A stretch of DNA of 64,000 nucleotides from Botryllus schlosseri (GCA_051294905.1 CM119372.1:20214001-20278000), one strand, 5' to 3'. Positions 1-13,518 are shown, numbered from the stretch's first letter. Notes: generated by a model from the sequence alone, not told the origin. Made by a program: numbers and translations.

Positions 1-17
1 CTTTTCAAGCTTAACAC

Positions 18-268
18 CGATCATCGCCCCCCAAATTTTGTGTATCGAAAATTGGGCATACAAACTATAATCACCGGCGGGTTGACTAGAAAGAAAAAAG
101 GTCAACTTTTCGGCCCGAAGCCTAATAATTTGACACTTTTGTAAATAAATTTCCGTGGGTTGACTAAAAAAAAAATCAGCTGTTTTGACGCGTCATTGCC
201 CCCCTATCGCCCCCTTTGTCCATTTTCGTCCCCCTAGACCGCCAAATCGTCCACGTTGGGAACTACTG
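18..268 (+). mobile_element. 5'-truncated copy of hAT-type MITE (same family as 4872-5170)
   Basis: Colinear with 4872-5170 (ATCGCCCCCCAAAT...CCACGTTGGGAACTACTG); left TIR missing. Confidence 0.85.
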
Positions 269-3200
269 ACCTAATCTTATATCTTGAGAATTCAGGTGTT
301 CAAGACACACCAATCAACTGGATAAAATGATGCATATGATAAAAACAGGCCATATTCTATAGATATGAACCTAAACCATTAAAGTTCTATGAATAAATAA
401 TTATGACCGTGTCGATAACACTGTAGGAGCCTGTAGCGAAGTGGTCACAAGATAGCATAGATACCGTAACTTCGGCAAAATGTTACGACTGTAGTATATC
501 ATGAAGTTACTACTTTTATTAATTTTTGTCTCCCTCCGCGTGAGCAAACCATACATGGATATTATAATTCTTTCGATCATTGTGGATAATTACTAACAAC
601 GAAACACTTAATCATCCCACATTGTACGATTAGGCTACATTGAAGATTTCGCCTTTGACATGATTCAAGAATTTTGGTATATACCGAGCTGGGTTTCCAT
701 ACTTGTTTGTGACACAGGCAATAGGAACACCATTCTCTATATAAAGCAAGCTTTTCTGCAACGTCAAGTTAAGATGGCTCTAGTGCGATTGAAAACAATA
801 CCAAGTAGGACGATTTGGTTTTCAGTTTATGTGGCTTACCTCTCAGCAGCCACACATATCTTATATAACTGACAAGATTACAAAACGGGGAGTTGTTCTG
901 AAACCCCCAGTTTATTGGATAAAAGGTACAGCAATTCCAACTGGGCTGAGGAGCCAAGACAGTGATTCCATGATAACGCATCTATTAATATATCATATGT
1001 ATACTTCTTATGTAATGGTTTGCAAAAAGAAAGGGGATCATGTAAACTTTCCATAAGAACATGCAATATGATGCAAGCTGCTAGGGATTCAGCCATTCTT
1101 ATGTCAGCGTTAAATAATTTCAATGAATGTGTCATGTAGACTAGCTCAGGAATATTAGGTTGGCAATCAATACATTTCCATATATATACACTACTTTTAG
1201 ATTGAAAATATATTCTTTACAAATGTCAAAGCAAGTGCCAGTCGTCAATTTTATCGATGCAACAATGTGATGCGTGATCCGCCATTGGCAAATAGCTTCA
1301 AGCTTCAGGGTGTTTCATCACAGACATGCGTAACTTAAAATCCAAAACAATAGCGCGTGTGTACCCTTCGATGACATGCACGCGTTCCCATAGTACGAGA
1401 CCACATGAAACGGTAGATTTGTTGACAAAGGCATTGCCACACAGCCGCGGATTTCATGATATTTTTCATTATATCAATTGTAGACAACAAATTTGGCGAC
1501 ATATCGGCGATACAGTCATAACATCACATTGCGAGATACGTGCCATGGGGAGCCCGTGACTTGACTACAACACAGCGATCACGTGATTACGGCAAGAGAG
1601 AGGCCACGTACCATAATGGCGGCAGACTACACCCTTCGTATAAAAGCAGCCTTAAAAACTTACCAAATGAAGTTGAATCGTTCTTTCTGTATTCCTCGTG
1701 TACTAATATCAATATCTCCACGAAAATAGTGCCCCGTATTTGAAATAACAGTGGAATTTGAGAAGCTTTCTAAGCAGCAGAAGTCGTATTTGTCAGGCGA
1801 GTCAACACGCACGATAACCGATGATTTTTTTGTTGATGCGGATGGTCGACTCTCGGCGCGCTATGTATTGCCTCCTCGTGACCGACCTTCTGCTCGTCGC
1901 TGATTGGTCAATATAATCTGCAGTTACAAAACATAATTTCACTCCCGCTCTGCGCCATTATATATGTGAATTTGGGTCAGCTTGCAGCGAAAGTATCGCT
2001 ACTACATTCAATCTGCGTCATATTGCCGGTATTTCATTTCAATTGATGTTTAACCCAACGGGTCTATGACTATGAATATGGGTAAATCCATGCACCGCTT
2101 TATTATCACCGGGCGTGAAATGCTTCACTGAATAGGGAAATTTGCTGGGCATCCAGCTTTCTTATTCTGGGATTACCGTAAACCGTGATCATATAAAACT
2201 ACGACAACGGCATGATTTATGTATTAATTCACATCCCTGGAACTGATGAATCAATGTACCCTGACCATAAAGTTAGCTATTGTTAAATCTATTTTTGACG
2301 CAGCGTGTATCCTGTTCGTGAGTATCATTCAGTAAACCAAAAATTTTTGGCTCCAACGCTTCTCATCAGATCATTTGCGTTGTAATTTTGACTACCGCAA
2401 TCAAACCCAACGATCTAAAATATACAGTTAATTATCAAACAACATCTGTTATCTGTTCTAGTGGAAGACTAGATATTGTAATCTTAGAATACCCTCATCG
2501 TTTTAATGAGATCACAAATTTATCTACAGACACAGGAATTGAAACAATTCAGCGAATCCCATTAATTGAACAGTAAGAACAGCCAATTTGGAATAATTTA
2601 AAAAATAGACATGTTCACCGAATAAAAGATTACACGAATATTCACATTAAATGAGTCAGGCAAGAATTCATCTAGACGACAGAAGTTCTGATGTCTTTTA
2701 GTTCTTCCATTTATATTTCATAAATTTCTGTTCATTGGACAATAAAAGATTGCTAAAACACAAAAGTGGCAGGATTCGTGGAGACAAAGCAATAAGAAGC
2801 ATACATTTTGTTAAATTGGTTATAATGATGAGTAGTCAACTATAAACACTAATAATATAACCCTATAACATTAATTGAAGCTGTGCTATTTTATGTAATT
2901 ATGGCATTTGAAAAGGGTCCCTGAAATCCTCCATTATATATAGAAAATAAATATTGTATTATTTTTTTGGAAAATCATCAAAAACATGATAGAACTATTG
3001 GTAGCTGCAGCACACACATTAGGATTAGCAATTTAATCCTAGTTTGGCATGAATGCAGTCATATCCAATGATGCAATCTTGAATTGGTCGTGTCCCTTAG
3101 TTAGCAATACTTTGTGAAGACCGCCCAACCGAAAAAGTAGAAATATACTCTACGTTATATGTCCTTGGCACATAATCATCCAATGAATCAAGTTGCCTAC

Positions 3201-4479
3201 ATTATGAACAGACCAAACCCCAACCAATTTAACATGACATTCATGTTACAAAAATATATGTTTCATCATCATTTAATAATATTTTTATCAAATAAATACA
3301 CCACACGATTGCAATATAGAAAATTCCGATAAAAAGAGAAATACTTGGTTGATGATGAGACCTAATAATGCTGATAACGTTCAGAATAGAGCCCAGACAA
3401 CTTGATCATTATTGGCGATACTACGCATGAGTCATGACTCAAATCGATTTCCTCCAGCTCTTGTGATATATTCCAAAGAACTGCTAGAACACGACCCCAT
3501 CTCACTTTTTCTCTTCTCCATAATTGAGGAAACACATTACCTGATCAATAAATTGCACTTCAAACTAATTTTTAGTAGACTATTTTCATATAGTCAAAAC
3601 ACATATAAGTGGCACCCTGAGGCTGTCTTCTTACTTTGCTGGACCTCCAGGGAAAATCAGTAACATTACGGATCTTAACAGCATCTTGGGTTTTCTTCAT
3701 ACAAGTACGGTGATTCAAGTTAACGCTTGAAGTCAGAGGTGTATTTATTATCAATCCATAATATAGAAATAGCAGGTAAATTGCATGTAACAGATCACCA
3801 GACAAAACCAGACACACGTAGAAGTTAGATGATGCAAATTTACGGAATCATTTACTCAAGGGACGACTTTAATATCCAAACTAGCCACGGATTAACGCAG
3901 TTTTATCCCATACGAAACCTATGCAAGCAAAACGACTATAATTTCCAACCAGTTGAACAAGGCACTACTACAAGGTTTTCTTCGCCCAGGCACTCTACAT
4001 TTCGGGCTTTAAGGAAGCCAAATAGAAGCAATGGTGGAGCCTGTCATCATGAAATATCAGGTAAATTTAACCAATAATATTGAAGCTACGGACACATACA
4101 TTGTACTGTCATCCTCAATTGCTGTGCTTCTCCATTAGCTGTGTTCATGCGGATGAATGGCGAAAGAAATATGAATACCAAATCGAATAGATTAAAACAA
4201 TACTGATACTTTTCCAGCCTGTCACACGAAAATGATAACCACAAACTGACTAAGATATAAAGATGAAGTTTCATTTCTAAGCACCAATAGAACGGAGTTG
4301 ATGCAGGAATATGTGTCCTTGTCAAAATATAAATTGACTGCACTTGTTACTATAGCAAGTGGCTTAAAATCTTCAGACATAAGTTTATCATGTAATGCAC
4401 AAAAAATATGAAACGTCTGTAATGTAGGTGCGTACTGGAGAAATGGTCATATTGTATAAGAATTCATCATAAGCTATCA

Positions 4480-6463
4480 TCACTCTTGATCCGCAATAGC
4501 TTTATCATCAATATAAAGTGCATGAATGATCCCATCTCTCCGCCTTCCACTAGTGACTGCCCTTATGAAAGCAGAATGATTTCCAAATTCAAAATGAGTC
4601 TCTGTTCCTTCATCAGTGAATTCACCCTATGTACATGATCATTGATCATTGGCATGTGGGCCCAATTTACAAATGCTCAATACTTACTGCAGTCTCCATC
4701 TTCTCACCATTCACCCATATGTCCAGAGTGTCTTTTTCTGTATTAAATGACTGATAAGAAAATGATTGTTTTATAACAGGGATGCGGTTGATTCATTTTT
4801 TAATATATGCCAATACCAGAATTCAAATTACCATCCACTTTGACAGTACGCGTTAGCCCTACGCTCTAGGCCAGTGGTTCCCAACCTTTTTCGACCCATC
4901 GCCCCCCAAATCTTGTGTACCGGTACCGAAAATTGGGCATACAAACTGTAATCACTGGTGGATTGACTAAAAAAAAAAAAAAGGTCAACTTCACGACTCA
5001 CTGCCTAATTTTACACACTTTTGTAACTAAATTTCCGTGGGTTGACTAAAAAAAAAGGTCAGCTGTTTTGACGCTTCATCGCCCCCCTATCGCCCCCTTT
5101 GTCCATTTTCGCCCCCATTCGTCATTTTCGCCCCCCTAGGACGCCAAATCGCCCACGTTGGGAACCACTGCTCTAGGCTTTTCTATTATATCAATCGTAA
5201 TAGCAAAGGTAAAAGTTCATAGCACTAAAAGCCATCGGTTAGTAGTCATTAGCAATTCATTGAATGCAGTAGGTTGTAGATTTACCTACTTACAGAATAG
5301 ACGTGGATCAATGCATCAACCTAATAGGATAGGAATTTTCATGTGGAGTTGGAGGCAAAACTGGATTGTACATTGCAGCCAGAGTCACCAACTGTTTTGA
5401 AGGTGCGGTGTAATAAACATACATACTAATTTCAATTATTCAATTATTTCAGAACTAAAATCACCATAACTAGAAATATATGCATAACATGAAGATTGAA
5501 TGTGTATTTTTAAAGTTTTAAATATGAATAGTGTCACCCACCAAATACAATCCTAGTTTCCGTTCCATTTATTTTCAAGGCCCACGCCTTTGAAGTCTTG
5601 CTCTTGTTTTCAAGAAATTTTTTCAAGCTTTTACCATCAATGGACAATGTGTACTCATATGCAAAACCGGTACATGCGTCAATACTGATTCTTGCTAAAC
5701 AGAAATAAAACGACAAATTCAAGTTTGAAGTAATAATATCCATTACTTGGATAAGGCAAGTTTATCAACCAATAGTGTAGAGCAGCGGTAACGCATTTGA
5801 GGGAAGATAGGCTATGTCACAGGCATACGTAGCAATACCAGAGCGAAACTATGACTTTCAGGCATATGGAGGCAGGCATCTTTCCTAATGCGTACGGACT
5901 GAAAAATAACTATTCAGCATGACAGCTCTTGTCAGTGTGTGAATTCTGTCGCAATTGTGCAAAATTTGGATTGACGGGGCTAGGTTGCGCTTCCCCATTT
6001 CATACTTGTTCGCCTTGTCCCATCATATTCAGAACACAATACATACTAATGCCTAGTGACAATATCATCACTTGTGATGACTTGAGGCTCCCTGAGGCTG
6101 GCCAGCCCCGCACTACACAGTACTGCTATGAAAAGAATGAGTGATACCAGAGTTAAAATAGAATTGACACGGTGGATACAAACCTTTAACATTTTGCTTC
6201 CCTACAGTGAAATCTTGGAACCCAACAAGTTTGAACATCCAGTCTTTCCTATAAATTTCCTGGAAGAATGGTGCAGCATGAGAACAACTTTATGCTAGAT
6301 CGATATCAGGTACTGTACGCCGTATACTGCTTACCTTTCCATCAACGTATACCACTCTTTTTCCTGATGTTGTCCCATGTTCAAATTCAATTTTGTGAAC
6401 ACCGTCACTAAGAGCTATCTCCCAATGCGCCACAAGGTCACTAAGGCCTTTGGTACTTGGCAT
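4480..6463 (-). CDS. FAIM: Fas apoptotic inhibitory molecule, 5 exons, 184 aa
   Basis: Exons 6463-6335, 6259-6184, 5694-5542, 4737-4688, 4626-4480; all GT-AG, phases consistent, 555 nt. Translation MPSTKGLSDLVAHWEIALSDGVHKIEFEHGTTSGKRVVYVDGK|EIYRKDWMFKLVG...FAYEYTLSIDGKSLKKF...EKDTLDIWVNGEKMETA|GEFTDEGTETHF...GIIHALYIDDKAIADQE* matches the FAIM1 family throughout. Exact start codon is less certain. Confidence 0.95.
4872..5170 (+). mobile_element. hAT-type MITE in FAIM intron 3
   Basis: TIR CAGTGGTTCCCAAC/GTTGGGAACCACTG; perfect 8-bp TSD CTCTAGGC (4864-4871, 5171-5178). Confidence 0.95.
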
Positions 6464-6811
6464 TACATTCAGTCATATGTTGCGAAATGTCGAAACTCAC
6501 AGAATCCTACACGCTGCACCTAGCTTGCCATGGCAATTGAACGTCGGCCAGGGTTCTCCGCTTATACCTCAGTTACCGTACTTTGGTGATTACTGGATTA
6601 CTATGGACGCCAGTCAACAGAACTCATTAGCGCCTCCTATACATGATAGGGGATATCCACTGGGACATCTCACCACTGAGCTAAATAAACACTCACCCAT
6701 CCAATGATCAATATTTCTTCACTATTTCTGAAACATCATTCACAATATTCAATGATTGCACTACGGTTTCAAGTTCGTGCTATACCCAGGAGCGTGTGTG
6801 AAAGCTGTCAG

Positions 6812-6930
6812 TCAGGGACGCCACTGATATATTTGGGAAAACCCATATGTGGACTCTAAAAATACACTGAAAACCCATATACTATATTTCACTCAAATTT
6901 CTCTGAGTTAGCAGTGAAATTGGAAACGGA
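6812..6930 (+). mobile_element. Left-end fragment of the 17735-21362 element family
   Basis: CAGGGACGCCACTGATATATTTGGGAAAACCCA... aligns to CAGAGATGCCACTGGGATATTTCGGAAAAACCCA... at 17735. Confidence 0.65.
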
Positions 6931-6935
6931 ATGTC

Positions 6936-7350
6936 CAGAGGTGGTCAATAACGTAGTAATTCCACTATTTCAAAGTACCTAAGTTATTCAAGTAGTTTTC
7001 CGCTACTTGTGGTACTTACTCAAGTAAATCCGATTTCCCGCTACTTCTATTTCTTCTTCGTAATATTTTGTGATCCACTTACTTGCTTTTCGCTATTTTC
7101 AGTTTGTCAAGTAAAAGTAGTTTGATCCGCCAATCACAAAGATAGCCTGATGATTTTCGGGGCTGTTTTCACGGAGTACCAACATTTAATTTTTATAAAA
7201 AACCATAATTTTCGTTTCGCTTATTGCCCAGTAGGAGTGACAACTATGTTTTTACGAAAGTATCGGCGATCTAATTTAGGTAGCGGGTTGTGTGGTTCCG
7301 TTCACACCGCATTGTCGCATGAAATATTTCATCACAGAAAACATGACCCA
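6936..7350 (+). mobile_element. Non-autonomous hAT-like element, CAGAGGTGGTCA family, copy 1 (3'-truncated)
   Basis: Starts CAGAGGTGGTCA; colinear with 7605-8010 and 8879-9295; CTACTT/AAGTAG subterminal repeats. Confidence 0.85.
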
Positions 7351-7604
7351 TCACAGGGGCGGCTCATTCTATATAGGGCAACTGGGACATTGCCCTGCCT
7401 AAAATTTTGTTCCATAACAATGATTTACCATTTATAGACGCATAGCAATCAATGTATACGGAAATCGCGTCGAAAATTGCATTCTTTTTGTGCTTTCGCT
7501 AGTAAATGCCCAAACATAGCGATGTCTCAAGGAAAATCGAATTATCTTCTGTGTTTTCGGTTTGTAAATACCTAGCCGGCGCATGCCACGGCAGCTCTCA
7601 TAAC

Positions 7605-8877
7605 CAGAGGTGGTCAGTAGTTTTCCGCTACTTGGGTTCTTACTCTTGTAGATCTAATTTCCCGTTACTTCTACTTTTACCTAGTAATATTTTGTGATCT
7701 ACTTACTTACTTTTCGCTATTTTCAGTTTGTCAAGTAGAAGTAGCTTAATTCTCCAATTAGGAAGATAGCCTGATGAATTTCGGCGCTGTTTTCACAGAG
7801 TATCAACATTGAATTTTCATAAAAGTTGAGTAAAGCCCAGAATTTTCGTCGCGCTTTGCGTACAGTGGATGTGGAGTGACCAATATGATTTCACGAAAGT
7901 ATCGGTGAATATAATTTAGGTAGCGGGTTGCGTGGGAATGCGTGGTTCCGTTCACACTGCATTGTCGCTCATATGAAATATTTCATCACAGTATATATGG
8001 CCCACCATAACGTTTGGAACTGATGTCTCGCGATATCACATTTAGGCTACATTATCATATTCCAATCTAGCACTATAGACCAGTTCGTGGCGTGTCCTAA
8101 TCTGGAAAAGTGGACTCTGACTTTCTTTTTTTAGCGTTAGACCAGTTTTAGCATATACTACTTTTGAAACTCTCTGGACTAAAGACATGAAATACATTTT
8201 CCGCTTTCAGAAGTAGTATATATATTTCTCTTTCAATTACCAGTATCATACTTCGAGTTCAAAATAGTTTCAGTTCTTATGTCTGGAGAACATACATGTT
8301 GAAGTGTAAAAGCAAGTATGGTAATGCCTTCAATTTCCGTAAATAAAGCTACAAAATACGGCATTTTTACGATCCACCTTATTTTTTATCAATGTTTACT
8401 AATCGCGCAAAGTGTTTACACCAAATCCGATACAACTTCTCCGAATTGCTCTTCGACTAAACTACGGCCTTATAATATGGGGGAGGGCGCCATACGATGA
8501 TATTTTCTAAAACGGGCTGTTCGAGTAAACAGAGGATTAGTATCGCATTTCCATATCAATACTATCATTTTCATCCCATGATGTGGATGAAACTTATGCT
8601 GTCGAAAATTGGATACCTCCTGGTATGCATCAATATGAATCAAGCTCTGCACCTTTCGCATAGCTCAATTTGCAGCTTTTGGCAATCCATGCGAACGAAT
8701 TACGATCGTTTTCACGACTACTTACTTACTAGAGTAGATTTAAAGTCAGTCAATTTTACTTCAAGTAGTTTCAAGTTGCTCATGGACGAAGTACTTCTTC
8801 TCGTACTTGAGTAGATTTTTTCGTAGCTACTTCTACTTCTACTTGAGTAGCTTTCTTGACTACTTTGACCACCTCTG
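7605..8877 (+). mobile_element. Non-autonomous hAT-like element, CAGAGGTGGTCA family, copy 2 (both ends)
   Basis: TIR CAGAGGTGGTCA...TGACCACCTCTG; no transposase ORF; dense CTACTT subterminal repeats. Confidence 0.9.
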
Positions 8878-8878
8878 T

Positions 8879-10083
8879 CAGAGGTGGTCAGTAACGAAGT
8901 ACTTCTACTTTTTGGAAGTATTCAAGTAGTTTTCACCACTTCTGGTACTTACTCGAGTATATCTGATTTTCTCTACTTCTACTTCGCAATATTTTGTGAT
9001 CTACTTACTTACTTTTCGCTATTTTCAGTTTGTCAAGTAGAAGTAGTTTAATCCCCCAATATGAATATAGCGTGAGGAATTTCGGGACTATTTTCATGGA
9101 CCACCAACATTTAATATTCATAAAAGTCAAGTAAAGCCCAGAGATTTTGTTGCGCTTCGCGCACAGTAGTTATGGAGCGAAAAATATGTATTCAGGAAAG
9201 CATCAGTGAATGCTATTTAGGTACCGGATTACTTGATTCCGCTCACACCGCATTGTCGCCCATATCAAATATTTCATCACAGTAAATATGGCTCACCTAA
9301 GATTTGAAATTACCGTTTCGCAATCTAGCAATTACCTATCATATCGTAAACTAGCAGCCCGTGGGGTGTCCTGCTAATCTGGAAAATGCCTGTTTTTTGA
9401 ACGTTACACCTGTTTTAGCAGATCACCATTGAAGCTTTATGGACAAAAGACATGAAATATATTTCCCGCTGTTTAGAAGTGGTATTAATATTTCACTTTC
9501 AATTCCGAGTATCATACTTCGAGTTCTAATTACTTTCAGTTCTCTTGTCTGCAGAACATAGATGTTGAAGGACAAAAGCAAGTGTAGTAATGCCTCTATT
9601 TTCCGAAAATAAAGCTACACTAAATATAAATTTTACGATCCACAATATTTGTTGTTAACGTATACTAATCGCGCAAAGTGTTGATACCGTATCCGATACA
9701 ACTTCTCCGTATTGCTCTTCGCCTAAACTTGGGACCTTATAATATGGGGTAGGGCGTCATGTCATGATATTGTCTAATACGGGATTTTCTAGGAAACAAA
9801 GAGTTAGTATCGCATTTTCATATCAATGCTATAATTTGCATCCCATGATGCGACAGAATGCATATTCTGTCGAAAATTGATACCTCCTGGGATATGCATC
9901 AATGCGAATCAAGCTCTCTGCACCTTCCGCATAGCTCAATTTGCAGCTTTTGACAGTCCATGCGAACGAATTATTACTTTCAAAACTATACTTACTTACT
10001 TGAATAGATTTAAGGTCAGTCAATTCTACTTCAAGTATTTTTAGGTGGCTTACGGAAGAAATACTTCTACTCGTACTTGAGTA
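8879..10083 (+). mobile_element. Non-autonomous hAT-like element, CAGAGGTGGTCA family, copy 3 (interrupted by LTR element, right TIR lost)
   Basis: Begins 1 nt after copy 2; colinear with it up to GAGTA at 10083. Confidence 0.9.
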
Positions 10084-10259
10084 TGTTACGTGGGTTATTG
10101 TATGTATTATGATGATGCTTCCCTGTAAAGTAGCAAGGTATGACGTCATGCCTTACCCAACTGTGCATGACCGCATCACTCGTGCTTGACCGCTTCATCT
10201 CTTATCTCATCTCTGGTTGATGGCACATGGAAGCCATAATAAATGTACAGCAAGAAACA

Positions 10260-10271
10260 TGGTGTCAGAAG
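10260..10271 (+). promoter_or_regulatory. Primer-binding site, probably tRNA-Leu primed
   Basis: TGGTGTCAGAAG directly after the 5' LTR; complementary to ...CTTCTGACACCA, the 3' end of metazoan tRNA-Leu(CAG/CAA type, from memory). Confidence 0.75.
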
Positions 10272-10309
10272 ATAACTGAACTCGCGAGCTCTAAATCTGC
10301 ATCATAAAA

Positions 10310-12268
10310 ATGCCCCCTCCAACGGATAAGCAGGGCGTCCAGAGAATTTTAGCGATGACAAATTTTCTGCAACGTTTTGCCCCTAAGCTTTCAGATATAA
10401 CCGCTCCCATCCGCGAACTCCTAAAAAAAGACAACGCGTTCATATGGGATCCAATCCTACATGGGACATGCTTTGAGAAAATAAAACAAACCTTGATCAA
10501 CGCACCAGTTTTACAATACTTCGACAAAAACGCACCTATGGTACTGCAATGTGATGCCAGTTCAAAGGGGCTAGGATGCTGTGTATTGCAAAACTCTCAC
10601 CCTGTTGCCTATGCTTCACGGGCGTTGACAACAACGGAGTGCAACTATGCGCAAATCGAAAAAGAATTGCTTGCTATTCTCTTTGCCATGGAAAAATTTG
10701 AGTTATATGTCTATGGCAGATTTGTAACAGTAGAAAGCGATCACAAACCTCTGGAAGTGATCACGAAGAAAAGTCTGGTTAATGCACCAAAACGGTTACA
10801 GCGCATGTTACTTCAGCTCCAAAAGTATGACTTCGAGGTGATATACAAGCCTGGATCACAATTATTTGTGGCGGATACGTTGAGTCGTGCGTACATTCAG
10901 AAGTCACCCAAAGACGCAGAAACTGCTGATGTGTTTGATATCTTTCAACAGATTGAACATATCGACATGTTGAATGATATATCGGTATCAAACTCCACGC
11001 TCGGCATGGTCAGCCAAGCAACAATCTCTGATTCTGTCATGAACACGTTAATCTCATTTATAAAACATGGGTGGCCGAATGAAGCCAAGCTGGTACCCCA
11101 ATCAATTCGAAATTTCTACTGTTTTAAAGAGCAGTTGACATTTCAGGATCAAATCGTTCTGAAGGGTGATCGTATTGTCATACCGTCGTCCATAAAAGGC
11201 ACTATTCTCAAGCGACTTCATGCCAGTCATGTTGGAATTCAAGGTTGTGTACGCCGGGCTCGTGAATGTTTGTATTGGCCCAACATGGTTAACGATATTA
11301 CGGACTTCGTATCAAGCTGTCCCACATGTGGCTTACACCAACCCAACCAACAGAAGGAAAGTCTGATTTCACATCCGGTACCAGGACGTCCTTGGCAAAT
11401 AATCAGTAGCGATTTATGTGAATTTGACGGACAACATTATTTGATTATAGTTGATCACTACTCGGATTATTTTGAGGTAGATCGACTAACCTCACAGACT
11501 TCTACAGCAGTTATTCGCCGCTTAAAATCACATATGGCACGTCATGGAATCTGCGAGAAATTGATTACTGACAATGGTCCATGCTATGCTGCTCATGACT
11601 TCGAGGTATTTGCAAAGGAATATGAGTTTGAACATGTGACCAGCTCTCCAGGACACAGCCAATCGAATGGAAAGGCGGAATCAGCTGTCAAAATCTTCAA
11701 ATCGGTACTTCGTAAAGCGACAACTGACAAAAAAGACATAAATATTGTACTGTTGGATTGGAGGAACACTCCAGGCGAGACTGTTCCTGGCTCTCCAGCA
11801 CAGAGGCTATTTGGAAGACGCACCAAGACCTTGTTGCCAATAGCAACTAAACTGCTTGAGCCGAAAATTGTTTCTGATGTCATTCCATTGCTTATGGATC
11901 GGAAAAGAAAACAGGCAACGTATTACAATCGTGGTGCAAAAGACCTCGCCCTGTTGAGTCCTGGTCAACAGGTTCGATTCAAAAGGACAGAAAATGGCTT
12001 GTGGCTCGAAGCGGTAGTGATTAAGCAACTGAATGATCGATCGTACATTGTTAAGGCGACAGATGGAACGATCTACCGACGCAACAGAAAGTTTATTCGA
12101 ACTACTGTAACTCGCCCGCATGTTGCATTTGACTTTGACGACATTTCGATTGCCAGACCAGCAGTAGTGAACAGCGACACTAATGGGTCGTTATCTGGTT
12201 CCAGTAGCAGCAGGCCAAGCCGTACAGTAATTCGACCAGCATACTTGCAAGACTATGTTACAACTTGA
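10310..12268 (+). CDS. Truncated Gypsy pol: RT thumb/connection, RNase H, integrase (652 aa)
   Basis: RNase H motifs QCDASSKGLG, EKELLA, ESDHKPL, ADTLSR; integrase HHCC (HASH...CPTC) and D,D(35)E core (SSDLC, TDNG, NGKAESAV); RH-before-IN order indicates Gypsy. Confidence 0.95.
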   Translation: MPPPTDKQGVQRILAMTNFLQRFAPKLSDITAPIRELLKKDNAFIWDPILHGTCFEKIKQTLINAPVLQYFDKNAPMVLQCDASSKGLGCCVLQNSHPVAYASRALTTTECNYAQIEKELLAILFAMEKFELYVYGRFVTVESDHKPLEVITKKSLVNAPKRLQRMLLQLQKYDFEVIYKPGSQLFVADTLSRAYIQKSPKDAETADVFDIFQQIEHIDMLNDISVSNSTLGMVSQATISDSVMNTLISFIKHGWPNEAKLVPQSIRNFYCFKEQLTFQDQIVLKGDRIVIPSSIKGTILKRLHASHVGIQGCVRRARECLYWPNMVNDITDFVSSCPTCGLHQPNQQKESLISHPVPGRPWQIISSDLCEFDGQHYLIIVDHYSDYFEVDRLTSQTSTAVIRRLKSHMARHGICEKLITDNGPCYAAHDFEVFAKEYEFEHVTSSPGHSQSNGKAESAVKIFKSVLRKATTDKKDINIVLLDWRNTPGETVPGSPAQRLFGRRTKTLLPIATKLLEPKIVSDVIPLLMDRKRKQATYYNRGAKDLALLSPGQQVRFKRTENGLWLEAVVIKQLNDRSYIVKATDGTIYRRNRKFIRTTVTRPHVAFDFDDISIARPAVVNSDTNGSLSGSSSSRPSRTVIRPAYLQDYVTT

Positions 12269-13518
12269 TTCGTTGCTGTAATTTATATCCTAATTCGGTT
12301 CGCTTCGTTTTCTATTATTTTGTGATGTTTTGAGAAGGGGATGTTACGTGGGTTATTGTATGTATTATGATGATGCTTCCCTGTAAAGTAGCAAGGTATG
12401 ACGTCATGCCTTACCCAACTGTGCATGACCGCATCACTCGTGCTTGACCGCTTCATCTCTTATCTCATCTCTGGTTGATGGCACATGGAAGCCATAATAA
12501 ATGTACAGCAAGAAACAGAGTAGATCTCCATCCGGGTCAGAACAAAGACCTGATCGTATACCCTTGCTAAGCATGGGTTATAAGCGCAATGCTATAATTC
12601 CAACCATATCCCTCACCAATATACGTTCGATAGTCGTATGATTAAGTGACCCCATAATAGGGGTGGGCAAACTACGGCCCGCGGACACCGTTTCGAGCGG
12701 CCCTCGAAAGGCTCAAGAATCGTATTTGAAATATTGAAAAAATGCGCAGTAAAAATCTAATCTCTGCAAGGACTCGATTAAACTTTTTCTCATTCTATTT
12801 CACCATGATAATCATAAGTTATGTTCTGACTAATATATTTTTATTTCATTGCTGGTGCGGTAGCCAGACCTCAAGGCACACACAGTTTAAAATGTTTCAA
12901 TTGCTAAACATTACAGAAAGTAAAAATGGGAATGACTTTCGGATTACGAGTGTAATTTGACATATGGCCACTCCAATGCTGTTCTTGGAAAAACCGTTTC
13001 GCGCGTGTTGTAGGTAGATTCGTTCTCTGTAATTATAAAATTTATAGCATATTTGAAGCTAACATTGTATATGACGCTGTCAGCATTGTGTGTCCTGAAG
13101 TTGAACCAACAGTAAAATCAGCAAATCTATAAACAGATCACTGCTCACAGATTCAAATCTCCACCCTGTTCTAAGAATCGGGACAAACTGACTTTCATCC
13201 CTACTTTTGAAAATTGGTTATATATTGAGGTTGACCAGCAGCTTATGAAATCTCGCCAATGTTTCTGTCGATTGTACCATATTCTCGAATCAATGGTTGG
13301 TTGGTTTGAATGAAAATATATTTAATTTTCACATCCTCACCATATAATGAAATACCAATTTTGCTTTTTAGTTTATAATCCCAATTCTATATAGTGCTGC
13401 AGGCGAATTGATTTAGATGTTGAATGCTCGGTCCACGAGTGATTTTTTTTACAAACTGGTTACTAATAAGGACGATCAACTTATATATTATCTCCAAATT
13501 TGTTAGGTCCATATATGA

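Larger units (their letters stand above)
10084..12517 (+). mobile_element. Ty3/Gypsy LTR retrotransposon, internally deleted (no gag, protease or RT core)
   Basis: Identical 176-bp LTRs 10084-10259 and 12342-12517 (TG...CA); 5-bp TSD GAGTA (10079-10083, 12518-12522); PBS TGGTGTCAGAAG at 10260; polypurine tract GAGAAGGGGA 12332-12341. Confidence 0.97.

Noticed and set aside
660..1135. Short ORFs and a possible minus-strand exon ending at GAG|GTAAG (~839)
   Set aside because: No recognisable protein and no consistent partner exons within the window.
10291..12121. Minus-strand ORFs overlapping pol
   Set aside because: Antisense shadows of the Gypsy ORF.
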